This document shows, in pieces, positions 9,078 to 18,084 of a stretch of 18,084 nt of DNA. The DNA is from an uncultured cyanobacterium. Lineage in GTDB: Bacteria > Cyanobacteriota > Cyanobacteriia > Cyanobacteriales > Microcystaceae. A program made the translations under genes and the position numbers. The notes beneath the pieces were generated by a model. That model ran no database searches. It was not told the origin of the DNA and was given only the letters and a program-made list of their open reading frames with translations. Numbering within the stretch: position 1 is the stretch's first letter; every line of letters starts with the position of its first letter. The DNA lies in the NCBI GenBank assembly GCA_963807635.1, contig CAWEDJ010000076.1:1-18084 (forward strand). Reading direction: 5' to 3'.

Positions 9078-10241
9078 TTAACCCTGGGCAGCCCGAATCA
9101 ACTCCGCCGCCACTTCAGGTCGAGAAAATTCTGGAGGGGGAAGTTGTCCTGAGCGAATTAACTCCCGAACCTTGGTTCCTGACAAATGAACCCGTTCCTC
9201 TGGCCCACTGGGACTGGTTTTAGTCGTTGCCATTTGTTGAGTGCGCTTACAATAAAAAGCGTGTTCAAACATCATGGGTATAATACCCAACTCACCAGGC
9301 TGAAACTTGTCGAAAATATATTGAGCATCATAGGTTCCGTAATAATCCCCAACCCCTGCATGATCCCGACCCACAATAAAATGGGTGCAACCATAATTTT
9401 TACGGATTAGGGCATGGAAAATCGCTTCCCGGGGCCTGCATAGCGCATAGCGGAAGGATTAATTCCCAAAACGACCCGATCCTTGGGATAATAACGATCC
9501 AACATGATTTCATAACAACGCATCCGTACATCAGCAGGAATATCATCTTCCTTCGTCGCTCCCACCAAGGGATGTAAAAAGAGACCATCAACGGTTTCCA
9601 TTGCACATTTTTGGATATATTCATGGGCGCGATGGATGGGGTTACGCGTCTGGAAACCCACGATTGTTTTCCAACCCAACTCTTCAAAGCGTTTACGAGA
9701 TTCGGCGGGATCAATTTGATAGGCGGGAAATAGGGGATGGGGTTCTCGTTCCAACAACCAAATTGGCCCTGCTAGATTGATGGGCTACATCGTAAACAAC
9801 CTTAACGCCTGGATGTTTCTGATCATCCGTTAAATAGACGTTAACCGCTTCATGGGCTTTGACGTAATGATATTTTTGAGTTAATTCTAAAATTCCAATA
9901 AATTTACCATTTTGATCATCTAAACGAACCCAATTTCCTTCTTTCAGAGGAGCCGCCACTTCTTCACTAACAGATAGGGTGATGGGGATTGACCAGGGCA
10001 GTCCATTGGTGAGGTACATTTCTTCGACGACTTTTTCGTAGTCAGCCTGTTCCATAAAACCCTTGAGCGGACTAAAACCACCGATCGCGATCATGACCAA
10101 ATCAGAAGTCGCCCGTTCATCTAAGGTCACACGGGGTAAGGTGTCAGCTTGGGCTAAAAATTCTGCCCGTTCGGCAGGAGTGGCAATACGATTAATCAGT
10201 TGACCGCCGTGAGGAGCGATGCCTGGAATAGGAATACTCAT
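9078..10241 (-). CDS. sat: Sulfate adenylyltransferase (ATP sulfurylase), split by two indels
   Basis: Contains [40 protein letters not shown](RE), GRDHAGVG and SGTKVRE...[11 protein letters not shown]. Confidence 0.96.
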
Positions 10242-10398
10242 ATTTTGTTAATTTAGAAGATTTTCTATGTTGTGATGGGAACTCTTAGGGATTAAAAAAT
10301 TCCTATTAGGATGCGAGTTCAATTGTATCAAAGCCTGAGTCTCCCAGATGGTCGGTGCTACGGATTTGATGCCAATATTTAGACCATTTTTAGACTAT

Positions 10399-11417
10399 TT
10401 ATTTCATCGCTTGTTTTTTTTCTGCCTTTAAATCACGGTTACTTGAGGCAGCAATTTCCGCATCCATTAAAGTACGCCCTGTTGCCGCGAGATAGACATC
10501 ATCCAAACTAGGACGGGATTGGGACAGGCTAAAAATCGGTATGTTTGCACTGATTAAAGTTTGTTCAATCGTGCTGAGGGGATTACTTTGGGCTTTCACC
10601 ACTAAATTTAAGGAATTGCCCTGGGCGGTATTGATAATTACGTCTTCCACAAAATCCAAGGAGTCTAATAGATGTTTCGCTTTTTCGGCCTCTTCTAAAT
10701 TCGCAAATTCTCGGATTCTCAGGGTGACGCGATCGCCGCCTACTCGGTCTTTTAATTCTGACGGACTTCCTTCGGCTAAAACCTTTCCTTGATCAATAAT
10801 CACTAGGCGATCGGCTAGGGCATCAATTTCTTCAAGATAATGACTGGTAATTAAAACCGTCGTTCCCGCATCCCGTAGCTGACGTAAAAAATCCCAAAGG
10901 ATAAAACGACTTTCAATATCTAATCCAACGGAAGGTTCATCCAATACTAAAACCGCAGGCTGATGCAATAATCCCGCCGCCAAATCAAGACGTTTCCGCA
11001 AACCGCCCGAATAGGTTCCCGTTTTTTGTTCGGCATAATCACTTAATTTCAGGAGTTCTAGCAATAATTCAATCCGTTCCTTCGATTGATTAGGGGGTAA
11101 ATGATAAAGGTCTGCTTGGAGTTGTAGCAGTTCCCGTCCTGTTAAAATTTTATCCAAAGCCACTTCCTGAGCCACATAACCCAACAGACGACGAGCCAAC
11201 TTGGGTTGCTCAATCACAGAAACCCCTTCTACCTCTAGGGTTCCACTGTCGGGTTTAGCCAGGGTGCAGAGACAACGAATGGTCGTGGTTTTGCCTGCTC
11301 CATTGGGCTGAAAAGTCCAAAAATTTCTCCAGGCTGTACCGAGAAAGAAATATCTTTAACGGCTTCGATCGCCCCATAACGCTTTTTTAGGTGTTCAACA
11401 CGAACGGCAGGACTCAT
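10399..11417 (-). CDS. ABC transporter ATP-binding protein (DrrA/ABC-2 exporter type), frameshifted near the 5' end
   Basis: Starts MSPAVRVEHLKKRYG. Walker A (G)PNGAGKTT is in a shifted frame, followed by the signature YSGGLRKRL, Walker B VLVLDEP, the H-loop TSHY and a C-terminal PSLDDVYL. Confidence 0.92.
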
Positions 11418-11697
11418 AACGGTTCAGGGTTAGCAGAGGAATGATACAAATTGCAACAATTCTTTTTTATTCTAGCAGTCTGGGGAAGTCTGGGCAGGGT
11501 CAACAAAACTCAAAAAAATCTGGATGTCGATTTTGCTGATTTTGCTTGGATCAATGTTTAGGGCGATCGCGCCAGTCCGATGGCATTATTTGACGGGACG
11601 AGCTATCAAGTCATTAAGACGCTTTTTATCCACCAGGGCGTTCAGCCTATTATATTAGGATTATCGTTAGGATAAGCGTTTAGGAAGTAAATAGAAG

Positions 11698-12270
11698 ATG
11701 CTCACCATTAAACCTCGATTTGAAACCTTTGAAGAATACCTTTTATATGACGATAATTCGGAAAAACTCTATGAATTATTTAATGGAGAATTGATAGAAG
11801 TGCCACCAGAATCAGGGTTTAATATCCAAATTGCTAATCGTCTCTTTCTGCTTTTTGCCTTGATGTTAGGAAGCGATCGCGTGAGGGGACACGGGCTGGA
11901 ACTGGAAGTCAGAGGCGAACCCAAAAACCGCTATCCTGATTTGACCATTATTCGAGAAGAACATATTCAACAACTCTCAAAGCGTAATACAATTCGCTTG
12001 AATATGGCTCCCCCTTTAATCGTCATGGAAATTGTTAGCCCTGGGGAAATCCAAAGAGATAGGGACTACATCGCTAAAAGAATTCAATATCAAGATTGTT
12101 GTATTCCTGAATATTGGATTGTAGATCCCCAAAATCAAACGATTTTAATCTTAGAACTGGTGGGAAATTCCTATATAACTTTCGGTGAATTTAAAGGAGA
12201 TGATTTACTGCGATCGCCGACTTTTGGACAACTTGAGCTACGGATTATAGATATTTTAAATGCTAATTAA
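11698..12270 (+). CDS. Uma2 family endonuclease (DUF820, PD-(D/E)XK fold)
   Basis: Intact ORF with TFEEYL...YELFNGELIEVPP, RYPDL, EIVSPG, RDYIAKR..Y and IPEYWIVDP. Confidence 0.92.
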   Translation: MLTIKPRFETFEEYLLYDDNSEKLYELFNGELIEVPPESGFNIQIANRLFLLFALMLGSDRVRGHGLELEVRGEPKNRYPDLTIIREEHIQQLSKRNTIRLNMAPPLIVMEIVSPGEIQRDRDYIAKRIQYQDCCIPEYWIVDPQNQTILILELVGNSYITFGEFKGDDLLRSPTFGQLELRIIDILNAN

Positions 12271-12287
12271 ATAGGAGTTAATCAAAT

Positions 12288-12854
12288 ATGGTTCAATTAT
12301 TCACTAAAACCTATTCCTTTGAAGAATATCTAGTTTATGACGATGGCACGGATAACAAATATGAATTAGTTAACGGAGAATTAAAACTTATGCCTACTGC
12401 CAGTGGTTTTCATGCCTTAATTTTACATTTTCTTTTTACAATTTTGGAACAAGAAATTCATAAACTAAAACAGCAATGGAAAGTGATGCCTGGAACCGTA
12501 GGAGTAAGAACCGCTAAAAGAAAATCAAGAATTCCTGATCTAGTCATTTTGTCAGAGGAGCAATGTCAAGAGATTAGAAAGATGTCCACCGCCGTTTTGG
12601 AAAATCCTCCTCTCCTAGCGATAGAAATTGTTAGCCCAAATAACTCTGATGATGACTACCGCTATAAGCGTTCTGAATATGCAGTGAGAGAAATTCCTGA
12701 ATATTGGATTATTGATCCAGAAATTGAAAAAGTCTCGGTTTTATTATTGGTTTCTGGTTTTTATGAGGTTACAGAATTCACCAACGAACAGGAAATTAAA
12801 TCCTTACTTTTTCCTGAGTTAAAGTTGACTGCTAAACAGATTTTTGATGTATGA
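12288..12854 (+). CDS. Uma2 family endonuclease (DUF820, PD-(D/E)XK fold)
   Basis: Intact ORF with an AGGAG RBS and the motifs SFEEYL...YELVNGELKLMP, RIPDL, EIVSPN, DDYRYKRSEY and IPEYWIIDP. Confidence 0.92.
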   Translation: MVQLFTKTYSFEEYLVYDDGTDNKYELVNGELKLMPTASGFHALILHFLFTILEQEIHKLKQQWKVMPGTVGVRTAKRKSRIPDLVILSEEQCQEIRKMSTAVLENPPLLAIEIVSPNNSDDDYRYKRSEYAVREIPEYWIIDPEIEKVSVLLLVSGFYEVTEFTNEQEIKSLLFPELKLTAKQIFDV

Positions 12855-12883
12855 AACTTTTATTCTAATTTTTTTGTTTGACA

Positions 12884-13082
12884 CTACTTCAGTCTCATTG
12901 TTGGATGAATTTCGTATTGACTCACTAATTCGGACACCGTTTTTTCTCCTCGAATTGCTTCTAAGGCGACTTTAGCTTTGAATTCGGCATCGTACTGTTT
13001 TTACTTGCTACTCATAGATTTATAATCTTCTAAGTTTCAATTTAGAGCTTGCACTATTGTCGGCTTTTTGGTTGCCACTTCA
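12884..13082 (-). mobile_element. IS3-family-like remnant: left end plus truncated OrfA (HTH) pseudogene
   Basis: The minus strand from ATG 13015 reads MSSK*KQYDAEFKAKVALEAIRGEKTVSELVSQYEIHPTM, a typical transposase OrfA N-terminus with an internal stop that breaks off near 12893. A candidate terminal repeat, TGAAGTGGCAACCAAAAAGCCGACA, starts with TG at 13082. Confidence 0.75.
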
Positions 13083-13091
13083 ATCAACGAG

Positions 13092-13472
13092 CTAGTTTTC
13101 AAGTTGTTTAGCCGAGACTTCTATCACATCCACATCAATCGTGCCAGGAGGAGTTAGCCGAGCAAATTTTCCTGCTTCAACTTTGAGTTCTTCTCCGCAG
13201 TTGGGACAACGACACTCGCTCCCATTAAATCCAGTAAATTCGTAGGCGCAAACGGGACAACTATCTTCGACTAAATTGCGTTTTAACCACCAACGGAATG
13301 CCCAAAAACCGATAATGGGAGTCACAAAGAGCAAAGCCAAGATAATCAGAACACTATTCACCACCCACTTCAGCCCAACAGCTCCGAGGAATAGGCTCAC
13401 TAGCAAAATTGTCAGCCAGCAACCCAGTCCAGAGCCATTCAGCCAGCGTAATTGGGGGAAATTGTTATTCAC
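13092..13472 (-). CDS. Conserved hypothetical membrane protein with a zinc-ribbon motif
   Basis: 126 aa with a GTG start and an AGGAG RBS. It has two hydrophobic segments, then CPVC-x13-CPNC, and a C-terminal TIDVDVIEV. Confidence 0.75.
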   Translation of the reverse strand: MNNNFPQLRWLNGSGLGCWLTILLVSLFLGAVGLKWVVNSVLIILALLFVTPIIGFWAFRWWLKRNLVEDSCPVCAYEFTGFNGSECRCPNCGEELKVEAGKFARLTPPGTIDVDVIEVSAKQLEN

Positions 13473-13574
13473 TCCTAGTCTCCTTGTTCACTGAAGGGTT
13501 AATCGGGTCTTTTTTCTATGCTAATCGATTGATCCCCAGAATATTAATCATCGACAGGAATCCATCTAAAAAGC

Positions 13575-14551
13575 TTATTTTTCTAAAAATTGTCCCATTT
13601 GACGAAATTTTTGATAGCGTAATTCCCGTCGTTGGTGCGGGGTCATTTGGGAAAGCTGGTCTAGGTTATCCAAAATAGCATTTTTGAGCAGGGAGGATGC
13701 CAGGATGGGGTTGGAGTGGGCGGCTCCAGAGGGTTCGGGAATAATATCATCGATGATTTTTAACTCTTTTAAATCCTTAGAAGTGATTTTGAGGGCGATC
13801 GCGGCTTTGTCGGATTTTTTGGCATCTTTCCAGAGGATCGCTGCACAGGCTTCGGGGGTGGCGACGGTATAAACGGCGTGTTCTAACATTAAAACGCGGT
13901 CTCCCACACCAATTCCCAAGGCTCCCCCCGATCCCCCTTCTCCAATGACAGTACAGATAATCGGTACTTCAAAACTAAACATTTGCCGCAAGTTGTAGGC
14001 GATCGCTTCTCCCTGCCTAACTTTTCCGCATCGACCCCCGCCCAGGCTCCTGGCGTATCGATAAAAGTAATAATCGGCATCCCAAATTGTTCTGCGTGTT
14101 CCATCAATCGCAGGGCTTTACGATAGCCGCCAGGGGCAGGCATCCCGAAATTGCGAGCCACATTGTCCTTGGTATCGCGACCTTTTTGATGGCCGAGAAT
14201 CACAACGGGACGACCCTCTAAACGGGCAACTCCTCCTACCAAGGCAGGATCATCGGAACCACAGCGATCGCCGTGCAATTCAAACCAATCGTCTGCGATC
14301 GCCTGGATATAATCGAGGGTACTAGGGCGGCGGGGATGACGGGCCAGTTGTAATTGTTGGGAGGGATTGAGATTGCCAAAAATTTCCTGTCGCAGTTGAT
14401 CCGCCCGACTTTCGAGTTGGGCCAATTGTTCTGAGACATCAACATTTTCTTCCTGGGCTAACTCTCGAATCTGGTTAATTTTTTCTTCTAATTCGTAAAG
14501 GGGCTTTTCAAAATCGAGTAAAAAAACTCGGCGATCGCTAGTTTTGGTCAT
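13575..14551 (-). CDS. accA: Acetyl-CoA carboxylase carboxyltransferase alpha subunit, one indel near 14016
   Basis: Contains [64 protein letters not shown] and [15 protein letters not shown]. Confidence 0.97.
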
Positions 14552-14677
14552 TTTGGCTGGACAAGGCGGGAATCACTTGAGCAATACACCCAAGGTTAGT
14601 CCCCCATTTTACCGTAAACTTGACCCAACTTCGATTTTGAAACTGATCCCCAAAACCCTACAAGCCCCAAAATCAAG

Positions 14678-15841
14678 CTAATTAAAGGGGCCACCTAAAA
14701 TGATTTTCGCGATCGCGTTGGTCACATCCTCTTCTTCCTCTTCTTTTAAAGACTCATACCACTGTTGGGTTAATTCCATTTCTTTCCCGTAAATAGTATC
14801 TGCCCGTTGGCGAGCTTTCAGAACTAAACGGGCGGTGCGTTCTTTTCGAGCTGATTCGTAGCGTTGGAGCGCGTCTTCCACACTGATATTCGTAGTGACT
14901 AAATAACGACAGAGAATTTCCGCATCTTCCATTGCCTGACAACCACCTTGCCCCAACGTTGGAGTGGTGGCATGACCCGCATCTCCCACCAAGACGACCC
15001 GACCCCGTGCCAACTTTTCGAGGGGATCAAGGTCATGAATTTCTAGGCGATTGGTTTCTAGGGGATTAAGTTGTTGAATGAGATTTTGAACAGGTTCGGG
15101 CCAACCCTGAAAGAGTTTTGCTAGTTCATCTCGGCGATCCTGGGGTTCTACCACTGTTCCTTTTGACATTGGCACACCGAAGAAATAATAAAAGCGATCG
15201 CCCCCCACTGGCATCATCGAAGCGCGTTTCCCATCGCCCACATAAATCACCCAGCTATGCTTATCCGCCAACTCAGGACTGGCATCCACTAACCCATTCC
15301 AGTTAACATAATCGGCATAGCGGGGTTCGGGTTTTTGTTGGGTAACGTAATTTCGTAGGACAGAACGCACACCATCCGCCGCAATCAACACATCCCCCGT
15401 CGCCGTGCTTCCATCCTCAAAAATCGCCGTAACCTGATTATTCTCTTCTTTGGTCCCGATACATTTGGTTTCTAGAGTTACGTGTTCCTTTCCCAATTGT
15501 TCCAACAACATTGACTGCAATTCGGTACGGGAGACGGGATAGGGTCTTTGTCCGACTTGATCAATCAAAGGCAGCAGATCAATATCATTCAATAACTCAT
15601 TTTCCTTGCTCAGATAGGTCATGCGGTTCATTTCACCGCCAATTTTGTGAATTTCATCCCCTAAACCCAGCCAATTCATGACCTTTACGCCATTCGACCA
15701 GAGAGAAATTCCTGCACCGACGGGACGTAATTCTTTCACGCGATCATAGACTTCAATCTGATAACCCGCCCGTTTTAAGGCGATCGCTGTTGTTAAACCG
15801 CCAATTCCCGCACCAATGATAATCGCTTTTAAGTTATACAT
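14678..15841 (-). CDS. hpxO: FAD-dependent urate hydroxylase HpxO-like monooxygenase
   Basis: Intact 387 aa with GAGIGG, PVGAGISLWSNGVK, GQRPYPVSR, ADG, YVNWNGLV, GKRASMMPV and GDAGHATTPTLGQGGCQAMED, ending in IILGGPF. This pattern matches HpxO as I recall it. Confidence 0.8.
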   Translation of the reverse strand: MYNLKAIIIGAGIGGLTTAIALKRAGYQIEVYDRVKELRPVGAGISLWSNGVKVMNWLGLGDEIHKIGGEMNRMTYLSKENELLNDIDLLPLIDQVGQRPYPVSRTELQSMLLEQLGKEHVTLETKCIGTKEENNQVTAIFEDGSTATGDVLIAADGVRSVLRNYVTQQKPEPRYADYVNWNGLVDASPELADKHSWVIYVGDGKRASMMPVGGDRFYYFFGVPMSKGTVVEPQDRRDELAKLFQGWPEPVQNLIQQLNPLETNRLEIHDLDPLEKLARGRVVLVGDAGHATTPTLGQGGCQAMEDAEILCRYLVTTNISVEDALQRYESARKERTARLVLKARQRADTIYGKEMELTQQWYESLKEEEEEDVTNAIAKIILGGPFN

Positions 15842-16063
15842 TTTGTAGAATAATTAATTGAATACTTGTAAATTTTTCTGCTACTTTAGATACATTTTGT
15901 TAGATAAAACTAAAAATCTTAGGGAATTTGTAACATAATATAGGTAAGTTAATCCCCCTTATCGCAACTTCCGACTTTGCGGATTGTTTAATGGATTGAG
16001 TTTTTTAGAGACAACTTCAAAGAAGTATACGGTATACAACTAAATACAGCAAGGAGAAATCTC

Positions 16064-16645
16064 ATGTCTAACTTTTCAAAATCTGCTTTTAAATCTCCTA
16101 AATTAGCCTTAATTCGTCTATCTTCTCTAGCCTATGGATGTTTGCTGACTGCTTTAATGTTGAGTCCTTCTGTTCAAGCTGAGACATTAAAAGAGCAACA
16201 ATCCTTTTTTCAACATACTCCCTACTTAATTCAAAGCTCAGGAGTTAATATTGCTCTGCGGCGATCGCATCAGTGACATTTTCGATTCAAGTTCCCGCCA
16301 ATGCGGACAATCCCTTAAGGCAATTACGATCAACCCGATCACCAATGTTGAACCCATAGCCTTTAAGGAGGCGGATACTCGCGCTGTGATGGGAGAAGAT
16401 TATGCAAGCGGAACGCCCCTAGCTCTCTCTTCTATTGGAGAACAAGATCCCACCAACAAATCTACTACCCTCGTGTTTAATCAGCCCATCAAACCAGGAA
16501 ATACGGTGACGGTACGCTTAAAAGTCGAAAAAAATCCTCTTTACGGTGGGATTTATTTGTTGAAAGTAACAGCCTTTCCTGATAACCAACATAGTCAGGG
16601 TTTACCGCTCGTAATGTCCGTCTCCATTTTCTAGCATCGGATTAA
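16064..16645 (+). CDS. DUF2808-like exported protein (frameshifted)
   Basis: AAGGAG RBS and a signal-like N-terminus ending in SVQA. The body has GQSLKAITI, LVFNQPIKPGNTVTVRL..KNPLYGGIYLLKVTAFP and, in a shifted frame, (G)NVRLHFLASD with TAA at 16643-16645. Confidence 0.7.
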
Positions 16646-16671
16646 ACCCAAAATAGGGATCGCCAACCCAA

Positions 16672-16837
16672 CTAACCAAACTGTTTTTTAGCCCGTTCAT
16701 AAACTTCAACGGTTATTCCCGAATATCGGCATCCTGATAAATTTTTCGATTTTCTTACGGGCGGCAGGACGAACAAAGAAGGGGATTTCCTTTAATTTTG
16801 CCTCGGTTTCCGATGTCCAACTAACAGACTCACTCAT
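16672..16837 (-). CDS. Small stand-alone PCP_red-like protein (about 55 aa), frameshifted; absent from the ORF track
   Basis: MSESVSWTSETEAKLKEIPFFVRPAARKKIEKF...ITVEVYERAKKQFG. The W-x6-L-x2-IP-x-FVR pattern resembles the ChlB C-terminal (PCP_red) domain. Confidence 0.75.
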
Positions 16838-16867
16838 GGGTTCTACTCACAAAAATTATTTTCAAAA

Positions 16868-17795
16868 TTAAGGATGTTGGGATAATAGTTGCACCAACTG
16901 GCGAACTGCTGTTGACTAAAGACTTGTAATAAAATATTAACCATTGCCCTGGTTCTGCGGGAATCAGGAGTTGGGGTATTTGGGCATTTGCTAATTGTTG
17001 TAATGCTTGGCCGTCGTAATTTTTTCACCCTGTTTCAATTCCAGATAATCACTACCCTGTTTTAATTCTTTGATAATCACGGGGGCAAAAATAAAAAGAT
17101 GGCGGGGATTGGCGATCGCCGATGGACTGTTGGTAGAAGTTCTTGCCAAACATCTAATTGAGGAGCAAAACTGACAAATTCAGTAAAAATATCCTGTAAT
17201 TTTCGCCGATTTTCGCCTGTCGCTTCCTGATTAAAGATCTTCAAAATATTTCTCAGTAACGTCTTGATTTGGGCAGAAATATCAATTTCATCGTCAACAG
17301 AATCGGTAGAGGGAATACAATGCGCCGTTTGAGTAGATTTAGCATCACCAGAAGACTCATGATGCAATAAATATTGCTTATAATTTTGCAACGCGACAAA
17401 AGTTCCATTCCTCCTCTGCACCTTCTACAATCGATTCGGCTTCTTCCTGTTGCAGTCCAAAGGGACCTTGGAGCTTTTCGACGAAATTCTGAAGTATATC
17501 ATAGCCCCGCAAAAAAAAAGGACTCTAATTTTTGGTCAATTGTGACCCGATTTTCTTTCAGAACTTTAAAATGCATCTTCCAAACGGTGAGCAACTTTTT
17601 GGATACCGGAATATCCTTACATTTGCCGGGATACCTGTCTGGGAGTCAAAGCCAGTGGTGGAGTATTCCCATTCACCTGTTTTTAATTGCTGATTACAGC
17701 ATAGATATTTTAATGATGTGGTGCTCTAGGCGTTTCGAGGTGTTCTTTCGCCTCTTCAATGAAATAGCCAAGAATTTTTTGCTTATTGAGGGTCT
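16868..17795 (-). CDS. Stand-alone Hpt-domain protein resembling the CheA/PilL N-terminus; heavily disrupted (start approximate)
   Basis: Manual minus-strand translation across frames gives QKILGYFIEEAKEHLET, GYSGIQKVAHRLEDAF-KVLKENRVTIDQKLES, FLRGYDILQNFVEKLQGPFGLQQEEAE, AIANP, APVIIKELKQGSDYLEL and RAMVNILLQVFSQQQ, ending VQLLSQHP*. No kinase domain follows. Confidence 0.72.
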
Positions 17796-18008
17796 TTTGC
17801 CGGAAATGGAACCCGAGTGTTCACTAAAATTTTCTAAATATCCAGAGATTATAGCTTTAGGATGCCCTGTTTTTTCTGAAAAAAGATCACTATGTGATTA
17901 AATTTTTCAAAATGATTGGGATGGTTTTCAGTTCCATTTCCTATGAATTGCACCTAATCAGGCAGGATATCTACACACCTGGAGTGAAAAACTTGCCAGC
18001 CCAGTCAT

Positions 18009-18083
18009 CTATTCCCTTTCTGCTAGAAGTTGGGTCCAGAAAAAGATTGCACCAATAAATCCCGATGCTCCTAATCCCAGATC
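18009..18083 (-). CDS. Possible C-terminus of a membrane protein entering from the right edge
   Basis: The minus strand reads DLGLGASGFIGAIFFWTQLLAERE*. This is only 24 codons, hydrophobic and protein-like. Confidence 0.35.
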   Translation of the reverse strand, partial: DLGLGASGFIGAIFFWTQLLAERE

Positions 18084-18084
18084 A

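Noticed and set aside
15860..16050. NtcA site for hpxO or the DUF2808-like gene
   Set aside because: Only imperfect matches were found (GTA-N8-TGC, GTA-N7-TAC). I found no exact GTA-N8-TAC.
17374..17901. 175 aa plus-strand ORF
   Set aside because: It is the antisense shadow of the Hpt gene and has no recognisable motifs.

Overview
This is a cyanobacterial chromosomal segment: about two dozen HIP1 octamers (GCGATCGC) by manual count, plus a form IB rbcL-rbcX-rbcS operon. The style suggests a unicellular Chroococcales-like organism. The sequence looks like an unpolished long-read consensus, because essential genes (rbcL, rbcS, accA, tsaB, sat) carry 1-2 nt indels and appear split in the ORF track. 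Left to right: 3' part of a penicillin-amidase/AHL-acylase family gene; a GAF-PAS-PAS-GAF histidine kinase; tsaB; rbcLXS (minus strand) with a near-consensus sigma70 promoter and a UUCG terminator; two convergent toxin-antitoxin modules (MNT-HEPN, and a small acidic protein plus PemK/MazF); sat; an ABC ATPase; two tandem Uma2 nucleases; an IS3-like remnant; a membrane zinc-ribbon hypothetical; accA; hpxO; a DUF2808-like protein; a small PCP_red-like protein; and a degraded stand-alone CheA/PilL-N-like Hpt gene. The most notable unexplained structure is a pair of HIP1-21 nt-HIP1 direct repeats that bracket the MazF-type module, suggesting a repeat-bounded gene cassette. All family assignments come from motif recognition, not database searches. 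I found no clearly new multi-gene system.
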